A stretch of DNA of 64,000 bases from Ascidiella aspersa (lineage: Eukaryota): NCBI GenBank assembly GCA_963924565.1, contig OZ004610.1, forward strand, positions 29,574,001 to 29,638,000, read 5' to 3'. The translations under genes and the position numbers were made by a program. Under the pieces are notes generated by a model. It was not told where the DNA came from, did not search any database, and saw only the letters and a list, made by a program, of their open reading frames with translations. Shown here one piece after another: positions 52,264-64,000 of this stretch (its first letter is position 1; every line of letters begins with the position of its first letter).

Positions 52264-53795
52264 TTAAGTCGTGTGTCTTCGGTTGTAGTAGCGGGTCGGC
52301 TGGTATCGGGCACGTGAGCTTCGCCTTGTAGTTGTCTTGCAGCTCACCTTAATCCTGAGGTTGTTCTCCTTGAGCAGTTTGCGCATGTCCTCGCATGTCT
52401 TCGCCACGGCAGCCGCGTCCTGGGATTGCTGCACCCACCTGAAACGTGTTTTAATTTGATTAAATAAATACTGCGTTCGTGCCGGCGAGCAGGGGTTGAT
52501 TATTTTGGCCAATAGATATCTGCATTCGAAAAAACAGGCGATTTTGGATGGTCACTCGCCTAATAAAGATGTAAAGGTTTTAGTGCCTCGTCGGGAAATT
52601 ACATTTCACTTAAGCAACAATATAGACGCGTTTAGTGTAACATTTATAGCAATATTTTTTTAAGGGTTTACTGATAGACTTTTAAACGTTGTGAGCTGTG
52701 ATAACAGTTTAAGTGTGAATACAAAGAGCAAACAACCATAGGTTCAACGAATGTCATCCTATCGAATCACAGACTTTGGACAAAAACGATTTTTTTACGC
52801 CTATAGCCGTTATGAGAAAAGTCGTATACCAGTTTAAACCTTATAGGACAGCAGCCTACTTGATTTCGCCGACAAATTTTTTGTCTAATCGAGTTGAGTA
52901 GATTAATCATAAACTTTAACGTTTATTACGCAAATCTGGGGTTGTTAGTTTTCTGTCGTCATTCATGTTTGCTGGAAGCATGTTAACTAATAATGCAGGA
53001 ATTTTAGCTTTGTTTGCGCAAATATAACTTGATCCTAAAAATTCCTATTCTGTGTTCTTAGAAATGCTGTTGTCGATATATTTATTGGACTACAATTAGT
53101 ACTGTGAATCTATTTTTCACAACTCAGAAAAAATATGCTTCAAAAACATTTGGTTGGTTGTTCAATCCAAGGCCAATAGAACGCTATACAGGCCTGTAGA
53201 TATAATTCATAGCCTAATAGGCATTCGAAAAATATATTGATTTTAGATAAATCATTTTACTATCGGTTGTTCAGCACCCATGGCAAACTAGGGTTGTTTA
53301 TTTAAAAAAAAAATATGATAGAAGGAAATTAATTAATGGATGCCACTTGCGGTGGAAGGTATGTTATGGATGCCGCGTTTTATTTGGCCAAAATACTAAA
53401 CTCAACAAATACCGAAATTATTAAATCGAAGGCGATGTTAACAAAGCCGAGCTAATTCTGCGCCGTAAGCAAATTTACCTTCGTGTCTCATTGAAACTCT
53501 TCATCAAAGAAGCAAGAAATGAAAGAATTCTTTACAGGACACTTGCTAATTTGAGTTTTTTACACCAAACACTCGGCTTAAAACCGTGTACACTTCGACA
53601 TGTATCGCTACAGACCTATAGGTATTTTTACCGAAGTTACCCTAACCTGTACCTGTGGTATTGTTCCGACGTCGCCGGTCTGCTGGTTGGATTGGAGTTG
53701 ATCACCCGCATTCGCAAGCCGTTCATCTCTTTGCCGTCGATCTCGTTCAAAATGTTCGTGTTGAGTTGGCTATGCGGAATTCGGCTCGGGTAAAC
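52264..53795 (-). pseudogene. Two-exon coding-like fragment, possibly a decayed RRM protein (RBM4/lark-like)
   Basis: Segment 53795-53653 (CAG acceptor, GT donor, phase 2) joins in phase to the segment starting at 52438 (TTTCAG acceptor): VYPSRIPHSQLNTNILNEIDGKEMNGLRMRVINSNPTSRPATSEQYHR-WVQQSQDAAAVAKTCEDMRKLLKENNLRIK...RYQPTRYYNRRHTT*. Coding-like GC3 bias. LNEIDGKEMNGLRMRV resembles the alpha2-beta4 end of an RRM. The identity is tentative. Confidence 0.4.
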
Positions 53796-56700
53796 CTGAT
53801 CAACGATTGCAAAACTTGGTGAATTTGGGTCAGTTTTCAGCAGTGCCCAGTGTTACTTAAATCTATGTTAGGTAGCATACACCCTTTTTACCTACCACTC
53901 TAGAAACACAATATCGTAACCCATCAATACATAAGGGGTGTTTGTGAGTAAAACTTTTCATGTAGTCTATACCTATGCTTTAAATATGCAGTTAACAAAA
54001 ATGACAATCAATCCACAGCCTTAACCCAAATGTTCGACTTATTTGTTTGTTTTACTTTAATTTTCTAAAGATATCTTATCCATTAGCGCCAAATATTGTA
54101 CAATGTTATTTTAAGTATGCATATTATCATTAATTAAAAATAGACTTTTATTTTAGATAGATTTGTGATTTTACTTATTACAATTCCGTGCAGCATTACT
54201 AAACGTATACATTTGGTCCACGTGTATTGTGAATATTGGTTTGATAACACTTGGTAACACATGCAGCATGACAAAGGTACACCTGGGTTAAATATAAACG
54301 CCTTTCTAAGGTGTTTTAAGCTATTCACATATAGGTTCGCCAGGTTACTCAGTGACTTTTTTCCTGGCGGCAAACAAATCGTTCAAAAAAAAATCATTAC
54401 TGCATTCGATCTGTGTACAATCTGTTAGTAGAACGGTGTTGTGCTGGCATTGCAGTCAAACACACTTTATACCATAAACTTCGCAATGGTCCGCCGCAAC
54501 TTGTTATCCCTGTCGACCTGTTGACGACATTTCAAGTTGTTATTGTGTCAAAAAAGCGAGCCTCTCGACTAATCTACAGTGGCACTAACGCAGGGCACAT
54601 CATGCGGCTCCCTGTCGATGTTGATAATCCCACGCGGGCCATTTAACGCACATATGACCGGAGTGCTTTGTTATTGCGGGCGCGACCATAACGAGGTCCA
54701 AAGCGATCTCTATCAACACCCTAAAGCCTGGTTCTGCTTTCTACAAGGCCTATCTTGCTCTCCAAGGGGGTCCCTTCTTAAATCGCTGCCTCTCGGGCGC
54801 CTTTGATACTTCTTTGAATTGACAACGTGCGAATTGCCTTACAACAAGCATCGCGTATTCAACAGGGGGTTATCTCTGAGGGGTCTGCGCATTGATACCG
54901 CGTCTCGCGCCCAAAGTGTTATGACTCGGGCGTTCTCGATAAGCTTTGTGCTTTTGCAAGACTGACCGCTAATATCAGCAGCACACTGAGGCTAACTTTT
55001 ATCACCGACCGGCTTGGTTTACAGGAAGTATTTTGCCAGAGCCGCCACTGTTAGATCTGTTTGGTTGGCGATTGTGCGCCACGCGAAGGATTTTCGAGGT
55101 TTGTCAATAACCCCCAGTCGCGGCTTAAAAGGCGCCGCAGGAGATTTTGAACTGCCTTGACACGCCGAGTTTAAGTTACCACACGCGCGGACACTAGGTA
55201 AACGCGTGGTCGCTGCTCTTTTAAAAGGATATGGTTGGAGATCGCAACTTTTCCGTATCGCCTGTAAACGGGCAACTGAGATGGCGAGATCCACAAAATC
55301 GACAGGATTAGATCCTCGACGGTTTGTTGGTGTATTTATATGCCCGTTGTTATCCTGGCGAAAATTTTGAAACGCCCTAAGTTCACAATCTTTTGTTTAC
55401 CATCCGCAATGTTTAGGTTGTTAATGTGTTAATTCATTTAAAATATGTACACTCATCCCCCCGACAACCAACAGGTTTGCTATACGCCAAACAAAAAAAG
55501 TGCAATGTACTGTGCATTGTGCATTGTGCATGTGTCGCGCGCAGAACCTGTAGTAAAGTGGTTTTCAACACACGCAACAGTTTGTTCGACGAACGTTTAT
55601 GGGAAGGAATCTCCTGTCGACTGGACACTGCCTTCGCCACAAGCTCGCAAGCGTACCCGACGTCCTTTTGTTTGCTTTCTGAATCGACGAACTCAAATTG
55701 CCCTTCAAGGTGAAACTCAAATAAATAAATCTATTTGTTTTCGCTCACTAAACCGCCCTTGTTTATTTTGCTCTGGAAAGCATCGAGTCTATACTGTTAG
55801 GTTTGTGGTACGTATAGGCTTAATGACCTCCCTGTTTCCGCTTGCTTGCAGGCTGCGTCTAACTGTTTAGTGTTCAACGTATTAATCCACCGAATGCGAC
55901 GCTGTAAGTTAAAAAAAAAATGTTTAATAGGTTAGAATGAAGCAAATGGCAGAATACGGGAAACTAATCCGACTAATTTCGAATGTGCAACATACCAGGA
56001 CAAAGACTACGATATTGGGTTCTAAGAAGAATTTGGTAATTTGTTTTTATTGGTGTATATAATTTTGTAGCAAAAAGTCAACCAATATGCACCAATTATT
56101 TGTCCAAGAAAATTAAGGGTTAAAGTCTGTTGGCAAACGATGCAAAAAATAGATATTAAGAATTTATTTTGTTTTAAGCAACTAGCTGTGGTCAACCAGT
56201 ATGATTTACTATTTAAGATTGTTGAACTGTGACTGTAAGATACACCTTTGTTAACTAATCCAGTGAAAAATGCGTTCTGAAAATATTTTCTCCCAAATAC
56301 GTCCTTTTAGTTTTAACCCCGGATCGATTTTTTGCCGTAGGCTACATTGCTTGCACGACATTCATAAACAGGCCGATTGATTTCGGTAAAGCCTTTCTGA
56401 GGGCACCCGGCGTCCTATTATCAGTATCACATGTGCAGTTATCGTTTGTCGATACCACTTCAAAAGGGTTGACTGGCAGAATACAAACTTGTGTAATATT
56501 ATCAATGGTTCAATAGCCACTACGACTTAAGATGCTCGGCAGTCTGTCGGCTGTAGCACTCTCGTGCTCACTCTGGACCCGCCGCCCTTGAAAACCGCCG
56601 GACGCCGGCGTATCGGTGCCGCGCTGTCACTGATGGAAGCCATTCGGCTGCGACGTGCAATTCAAAAAGCCCTATATGGAGCCGGCGGTTTGGCATGTCT

Positions 56701-56937
56701 CGATTGCATTCAACGCAGTAGCGACCTTGCCCTATTTTTAGTCGCGTCCCGGCAAGCGCTTACAGTTGCGGCCTACCGCAGCCCATTTCCGTAGTTTGAA
56801 GATAACGGCTGTACTGACGAATTGGTGGCCCCCCCAAAAATGGCCCAGCTTTATTATTGTGTCGTCCATAACGCGTGTAGAAAGTTCTGTGTAAAAAATA
56901 AAGCCGGTCGATATAGACCTGGCCATGAAAATCGGCC

Positions 56938-57428
56938 AATGACTTGACTTAAGTCACTGTTTTCAAATAACTTGACTTGACTTAAGTCTTTCGGGCAAAA
57001 TGAATTGATTTGATTTAAGCCTTTCGGACAAATGAAATGACTTGACTTGAGTTGTTTAGACAAAAACGTGGGATAAAGTGTTTTTTATTAAATTTAGGTT
57101 ATTGATCTAAAGTTGCGCACATAAAAATATAAACTTATACTATATTTCGCGTTTTTGTTATTTTTTAGTTTTTTTTTGTTTTGTTTATAGTTGGACGAGT
57201 TTACCGATTGTAACACAATTTAACGTTTATTTTTTATGACAAGGACTCGACTTGGAATTGAATGGCTCTAATTATGACTTGGCTGGGACTTGGTTTGCTG
57301 TTTATTCAAAGAGAATTGAGTTGGACTTAAGGTATTTTAAAAATGACTTGACTTGGACTCACAATGTTTAACATAGTGACTTGAATGGGGCTTGATTCTT
57401 TTCGAAATGACTACTTTGCAACACTTCC
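56938..57428. mobile_element. GACTT-rich non-autonomous DNA element (copy 2)
   Basis: Colinear with 5367-5832 and ends ...GCAACACT, the inverse of the AGTGTTG end of copy 1. A more decayed copy lies at ~13860-14270. Confidence 0.75.
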
Positions 57429-60400
57429 TATTTGCGACTGCCCGTCTCTAAGTAACTCTTTAGTATCTTTTTTGCAGTTTCTATCACGCCTTAATGCTAA
57501 TTATCTTTTCGGCCGGTGTTGCACATTAGGGCGCGACTTGTGGTTCGTTGCCTTGCATAGGCGCCAAGACGGATTTAGACTTGACTGGGCCCTAATATAA
57601 ATAGAGAAAGCCTTGCATTACTGGTGATGAAAAAACGGTTCCAAAATATTTGAGATTTTGCTACCTGAATCTATGTACCGTCAGGATAATCACACAATTT
57701 TTCTGTTACTCTTTAGGCAAATTATACTGTCGTGCATTTTTTTTAAGGTGTTTTGGGGGACCGAAACGGTCCAAATTTTCCAGCGGTTTCCCAAATTTTG
57801 GACTTGCAACTTTTTGGTATTTAAATAAAACACTTGCGGTCTCTTGAAACTACTTAGCGGTCACCCAAACCAAACCTTAAAAAAAACTGCTGTCGTGTAT
57901 TAACTGAATAGGATTGTAGTTGACTTTTCTTAATTTTTTGAAGGTAAATATTACTTTTTGCGCGAAAGGTTGGAATTAAGGGCTGTAGCTGTTAAAACCC
58001 CTTTTTTCAATTAATTATTCTTTGTTATTTAACAAATTAAAGATCTGTCAAGAGAGATAGAGATATTTTGACGAAACAAAAAATGTTAAAATAAAGTTGG
58101 AATCGGCAACCTAAAACAGAACAAGTTACCTTGTACGTAACTCGTTGAATGTCGGGAGAAATTTTCCTTCACATTAAATATCAGTTTTTGTTATTTAGCT
58201 AACAGTTATCGACTCCTGAGCAAAATTACTCCTCGTTTAAAATTGTTTTTCCCGATCCAAATTACACGTAGAATCGCGTGTAATCGGCAAAATCGCAAAC
58301 AAACTTGAACGAAAACCACACATTAGTTCCGCATTAATTCTTGATGGCGGGGTTGGACTTTAAACCGCCGACGGTTCGCGAAAGCGCCTCGATATTAACA
58401 AACTGCGCGTCAGAAATACCAGGCAAATCCGCAGTTTTATATAGATTTGATCTATGTCGCGATGTCGGCGCCAACTGAGCAAAAAATGCTAATTCATTCG
58501 CGGCGCTAAATATCCAATAAAGCCTAAAAAACACAATCGCTGAACCTATCCACATCAAAATCGCTTCTGTTGGGGCAACCAGAAAATTGGAATTCGCGAA
58601 AACTACAACGGTATATTTTCGTGGACTGTTTTTGCACAGCATTTTGGCCTTCTGTGAAAATAATTGTTTTGAACAAAGTTGTACCCACCAGCACCGATAT
58701 GAGCCTGATTTAATCTTGTAAGCAATATTCAGAGCGTTTATGTTAATATTAATTTCGTGCGGGTGTCAGTTGGACGCCTGATCTGTCAGATCCAACTGTT
58801 GAAGGGTTTCTTTACTGAACACAGTTGAGGCGAGCATGGTATTTTGGGTGTTGCACCTTGTCAGCCATCAGGTGATTAACAGGCGCTTGTGTGCGAAATA
58901 TACAGGACAACGTTCAGATCAAAAGATACAGGTTCTAATATGTATTTCGCGAAACAGCGGTTTTCAACCTGAGGCCATACGGGTTTTAATTAGTGCACGA
59001 AGGTTTAATAAAGCGTCAATTACAAAGTTGCGTTTTTGGTGCGATATGCACTCTATGCATGAAAGTATACGCTTTCCAAAATCTACGCTTAAAAATACAT
59101 AACATTAAAAGTAAAATATAGCGAAACATTGTTTACGATGCCCCACGTATCCAATAGAAAAACAAAGCAAAAATAAACGTCTTCCTTTAAATATGCTATC
59201 TTGGGTGTATAGGAGCGCAAACCCCCTCCCTCACCTGTTAGTTGAGACTGCTGCCTGTTATATGAGTGACACTAAAACACTATACGAAAAGTCGTTTGTC
59301 CAGTTACTTAATGCCCCTTTAACAGCGGGTGTATGACCAACCGGCTTCAGTAACCCCACAAAAAAATACGAAATGTGCAGAAAAAAAGCTGGGACGTTTT
59401 ACGATTTCTGTTACTGGACATATGAGAAGTTAATAGCAGGCGCGCGATTCGTATCTTTGTGCGTAAATATGTCTGCAGCGTTTAACGTGGCCACATCAAT
59501 AACGCACCTTTATAGCGAGTCATACCAGGTCCGTTCGAATTTCCAACTTCAAAAGCGCGCAGCTTTCGCAAACCCTATTTTTTTCGATGTTGTGGCCACC
59601 TGATATGCAAAAATCACGCAGACAGAACTTAGCCGACCTTCTGTGAGAGTCTACCATTCAAACCCGACCAGAATGCCCTAACAGGGTAAAATCCTGAAAA
59701 AAGGGGCGTGGATCTTTTCTGAGCGGTGATGTAAATTGGTGGATTGTTTCGAGGTGCCTCGCTCGGCATTCTGGGCAAAGCGATCCGGTGTAAAGCTTGT
59801 TTACGGCGACAACAAAAAAGGCGCGATCAGATTCGCTCAGGACCCGGTCGAAACAGCAAAATTGTGCTTGACACACGTCGCTGCTTTGGAGCCAGGGCTA
59901 GATGTTATCCTGGGGACACAATCGAGTTGTTATTCAAACCGCCGCGCACGTCAATGGACTTTCGACAGTGGGCTGCGGCTCTTCGTGGCTTTGGCTCGCC
60001 AAGGGTAGCCGAGGACGATAGAGTTATGTAAGGACAGGGGTGTTTTACAGCACGCCAAAAACGCCTATGACTTTGCACCTTTATACTTGAAACAGGTTTT
60101 TTATGTCCCGTTTTTATGAGAGGAGTGGAACTATAGGTTATACATGTTATTTGTGTCTCTCTACTGGAATTGAAGCAAGACTTGCTAATCAATAACATTC
60201 CTCGGTAGATATCAATATTGGCCAACGAATGCTTTTAGTTTGCTTTTGTTATCGTATAGTTTTCTCATTGGTGGACGGCCTGGATACACGATCTAATTTA
60301 TTTTTCCGTAGTTTTACCAACAGTCGTGTGGAGTCGTTTAAATCGCCCGTTTTGGGACGCCAGAGTCGCGCAAATTGGTAAAGTAGCGTTAGCCGTGTGT

Positions 60401-63400
60401 TAGTAATGTCGTAAAAACACTTGCGCATTTGCCGTTCAAGCAGCTACAGGTGCGGAAGTTTGGAGTGTTCCCCACTATACGATAGAATACAACACCAGCT
60501 GTGGCCTTTACTTACGATAGAACAAACAGCTTAGCCATTTGTGTTTTGTAGCCCAACAACCGCAATTATGCAAACGTTCTATTTCGAAGATGCCGATTTA
60601 TCCCAGTTATGTGACCGAAACAATACCAGTTGGCCAGTCGAAATTGACACTGCTCAAACGGCGGCTCTTGTATTTCTGTCATGTTTTTTTGCAAATTTTC
60701 ACCACTTCAACCTGGCAAAAGTTCATCTTTCGGCCTAGGCAGTTTCTATCACGTCGCCATAAGGCGATACGATCGGATTCGTAATTCTCGGTATACAGAA
60801 AATTGGTTTTGGGCGTTTGCCGGGCAAGAAACGTGTATTGGTTGACGGCCCTAATCCCTACAAATTGGCTCTTATCGCGCGTAAACAGACCTGATAGCAC
60901 AGAATGATGTTTTGCAAGACTTTTCGAAATCTAGCTAGTATTGTTTGTCACTGCCGTGGTCGAAATTAGAGGTGTATGTTGTACGTTAGCCGCGACGGGT
61001 AAAGATTCAATATTATAAGTTCGGTTTTAGAAAAAAATGCACTCTATTAAAACACTTAAATCAATGACTAATCAGAAGAAAAAATTAACAATTTTGGATA
61101 TATGAAATAAACAAATTTAAGTGTTAACTTTTATCATGAATACGTCACGGCAACAGGTTGCCTATCCCCCAAAAAATATTGGCACCTCAAGCCTTTTCGA
61201 TCTTCGCTTTAGAATCGATATTTTCCCCGCTTTTGGTCATTTCGAGCCCTGATGAGCGCCGAATATGACAGACAGTTTTTCCACACCGATTTCCTCGATA
61301 CTATCGCGTTCAGTTAAGCTTTAGCATAACTTTCCCCCTTGTCTGAAATGCAACCTGGGTTAAACATGACTATTGTGGTGTTGCGGTTTTCGCCTGTTAC
61401 GTAAGTGGCACCTGACACACAGGTTATCGCTGTTTGTGTTTGATGCAAACGTTACATAAGAGCGTATTACGCGAGGTCAAATTAGGAAACATGTTTTCGG
61501 CCAAACCGCTAATGAGCGTTGATTAGATTGAACTTTGATTGGGCGGTTGCATTGCAAACTAAAAGTAATTTCGTTTCGTTGTTTCGATCCGCAATCTAAG
61601 GCCAGACAACCCAGGCCACATTAGAAAACAGCCGTGGTTCCTTTAATGCCGTTATAGCCCTCGTGGCGCTATTTTAAATTAGCCTGTTCTCCTTTTCCAA
61701 ACCATTGCGTCTGTGCATTTTCGAAAGCCCTTGGTTAGTTAGTCTGGTCTATTTTAAGCAGCCACATGTGTTTATTCGTAGGATTCCTTTTTCGCAGCGA
61801 TGTGTGTAAATCCGCAAGTGGAATTCTGTTTTGCCACCATGTAGTTAGACGTTTTACAGCGGTTTACGGGTTGCGGTCGGAACGCTTACAGATACCTGTT
61901 GTGTAAAGCTTTTACAGGGTATGCGCGTGCGGATAAGGATTGCCGTCGAGACAGTCCCAATAAAGCTTTACGGCCAAACAACGACGGACCCGCCATTTGT
62001 GTAGGTGCCACGATTTTGTGGTCGTTTCCTTTTGTTTCCCCGCTTAGCTCAACCCCCTGGGTGGCCGTTGCTTAGTTTGCACAGGGAAGGCATTAAACCC
62101 GATCGCCCGTTTAACGCCGTTCGCTTTATTTGCCGTGGACTTAACGTTTATTTGCCAATCAGAGGCCGTACAGTAAACTGGCCCTAAAATCTAAGCCGTG
62201 TTTTGTACACACACACATTGTCTAGGCCGGATCTGTTGGCTAATTCCCATCAGCGGCCGGCCCACTTTTCAAGCCTACTTTGCATACCTTCTTTGGGAGG
62301 GGGCGGAGCAGTAACAAATTAACAGTGTTGTCTTCAAACTTGTTCTCATAGGCTTAACGCGATGGGCGGTAATTAAGGTGGACACGACAGTCTATTGTGC
62401 TTTGTGGCCGTGTTTTAACCGGACCCAACAACGCACAAACCTACTAGAATAACATAAAGCTGCGGCAAGACATTACGGGACGCATCTGCTCGATAATATA
62501 TTTAACCCTCAGACCGCGAGAGGCTTTCAACTAATTCCCTCGGGACTTTGCTTTGTACGTAGATCGATTCCCCCGAAACCTATAACGCTTGTAGAGAAGG
62601 CGTGCAATGATTAATATTTAAAGGGCGCTCTTGATGGCCTGTTATTGCGTTGTTTTGAATTGCATCAAGCAACATTTGTTTTCGTTTGTTGTCTTTAAAA
62701 CCCTAAAAAAAGCGCCCATATGGCGACCCTGTTGCGTATCGGTAATCGTGATTAAACATATCCAACGTACCATAAAAAATGATTAACACACGCATGCAAT
62801 AAAAGACAACACACAAAATGTCATACAACCCGGGCGGCGGAGTCGGTTAAAAATAACCCGAGTCCGACTCCGACACCGCAGCCCTGCACACAAGCATGCT
62901 TTTTACGTTTTATTCATTTTAATATTGAATTTTATATGAACAGAGGCCGCTTGGATCCTGTTTATATTCATTTTGATTTTTACGATTTTTATTTAAAGTT
63001 AAACAATAGCATCCGGTATCCCATTTTCTTTTCATTTTTAGCCTATTTTTACGGTTGTGATTTAACAGTGACGCGAACAGATGAAAAATAGGGAAAATGA
63101 GGTTACCTTAAAATTGGCCACAATGTGGTCTTGCAAATGGCCTTGATGTTTATAAAAAGGTATCCAATGACGTCTATCGAATTCCCCTAGGGCCACACTG
63201 GAGTCTAATTACGGTAAAAGTGATGTGGTTCCTTGTTTTCAAACGGCAAGGGCATTTTGCCGCTTTCCAAATATACACACAGCACTCAACACTCGTCCCA
63301 AGGCCACCGGTAATTATAAACACTCCGTCCCTTGTGGGATTTTTGTTATTTAATATGCTATGAATGGTATACGAGCGTTGATGATAGACCCGCAAAAGCA

Positions 63401-63551
63401 TGAAGCGTAATGACAAAATGTGCTAAAAAAGCTGAGATGATTTAATCCACTAAAAGCATTGTATCGTTCATTGTTTAAATTAAAACCGCGTGGGTATTTT
63501 TAAATTGATTCAGTAATATCTGAGCGATCAAGGTGATGTTTTGATGGCCTT

Positions 63552-63982
63552 TAGGGATGTCCGATAAAATGGGATTGGAGCCGATAACGAAGGTAAAGGA
63601 AAGTATCGGTACTCCTACGATACGAGAAAAAAGATTGAAGCTTATACCTTAAGTCCTCGTTCGATTTCTATGTCGGTATAGTCGTTAATTTTTTGGTATC
63701 GATGCCCAAATTTATTAAAGTATTTTAGCCATGGTTTGCGATCTTACTGAGCATTTTACACTTACGGGAGTCGTTTTTTTAGAAGATAGCGTATTAACAA
63801 TAAAAGTAACTCGGTTTCAAAGCAATAACGCGGGGCTTATAACCCGGAAACACATTTGCGCATTTAAGAAAACATTTTGCTTTATTTGACTTTAACAATG
63901 ACGTCATTTTAAATAGAATCGGCGGCACTTTACGCCTACATTATCGGGATCGGAATAGAATATGTGGTCTCGGACACCCCTA
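63552..63982. mobile_element. hAT-like MITE with ATCGG/CCGAT subrepeats
   Basis: TIRs TAGGGATGTCCGA / TCGGACACCCCTA; flanks ATGGCCTT / TTGGACTT (6/8, decayed TSD). Related remnants at ~30330-30715 and ~19575-19960. Confidence 0.75.
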
Positions 63983-64000
63983 TTGGACTTGCAACGAATC

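Noticed and set aside
34500-63500. Numerous 60-150-aa ORFs in the ORF track (e.g. 49053-49517, 49205-49669, 55445-55870)
   Set aside because: They overlap on both strands, many have non-ATG starts, and they show no motifs or phase-consistent splice sites; expected by chance in GC-richer blocks.

Overview
This is an AT-rich, intron-containing eukaryotic (invertebrate animal) window, not prokaryotic. A tunicate/ascidian origin is my guess from the short introns, mosaic CpG pattern and abundant TGACGTCA; this is inference only. Left half, three genes reconstructed by hand: (1) a 6-exon + strand gene (2071-9071) for a ~387-aa protein with no domain I recognise, with a candidate mutually exclusive duplicated exon and a structured stop-codon region; (2) a single-exon - strand gene (10145-10627) for a 160-aa single-pass membrane protein with LPTY and PPSY motifs; (3) a 14-coding-exon + strand RNF13/RNF167-type PA-TM-RING-H2 E3 ligase (17139-28439, 450 aa) with three acidic dileucine motifs. 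Right half (~29.5-64 kb): a CpG-rich, essentially non-coding region. It holds a dense nuclear-receptor half-site cluster (perfect DR5, IR7 and nearby DR4), a SINE with a duplicated tRNA-like head, and a two-exon, probably decayed RRM/lark-like coding fragment on the - strand. Many MITE/foldback elements and tandem duplications are scattered throughout. I found no tRNA, rRNA or CRISPR, and most ORF-track entries are spurious. Nothing here can be firmly called a new system; the best leads are listed as findings.
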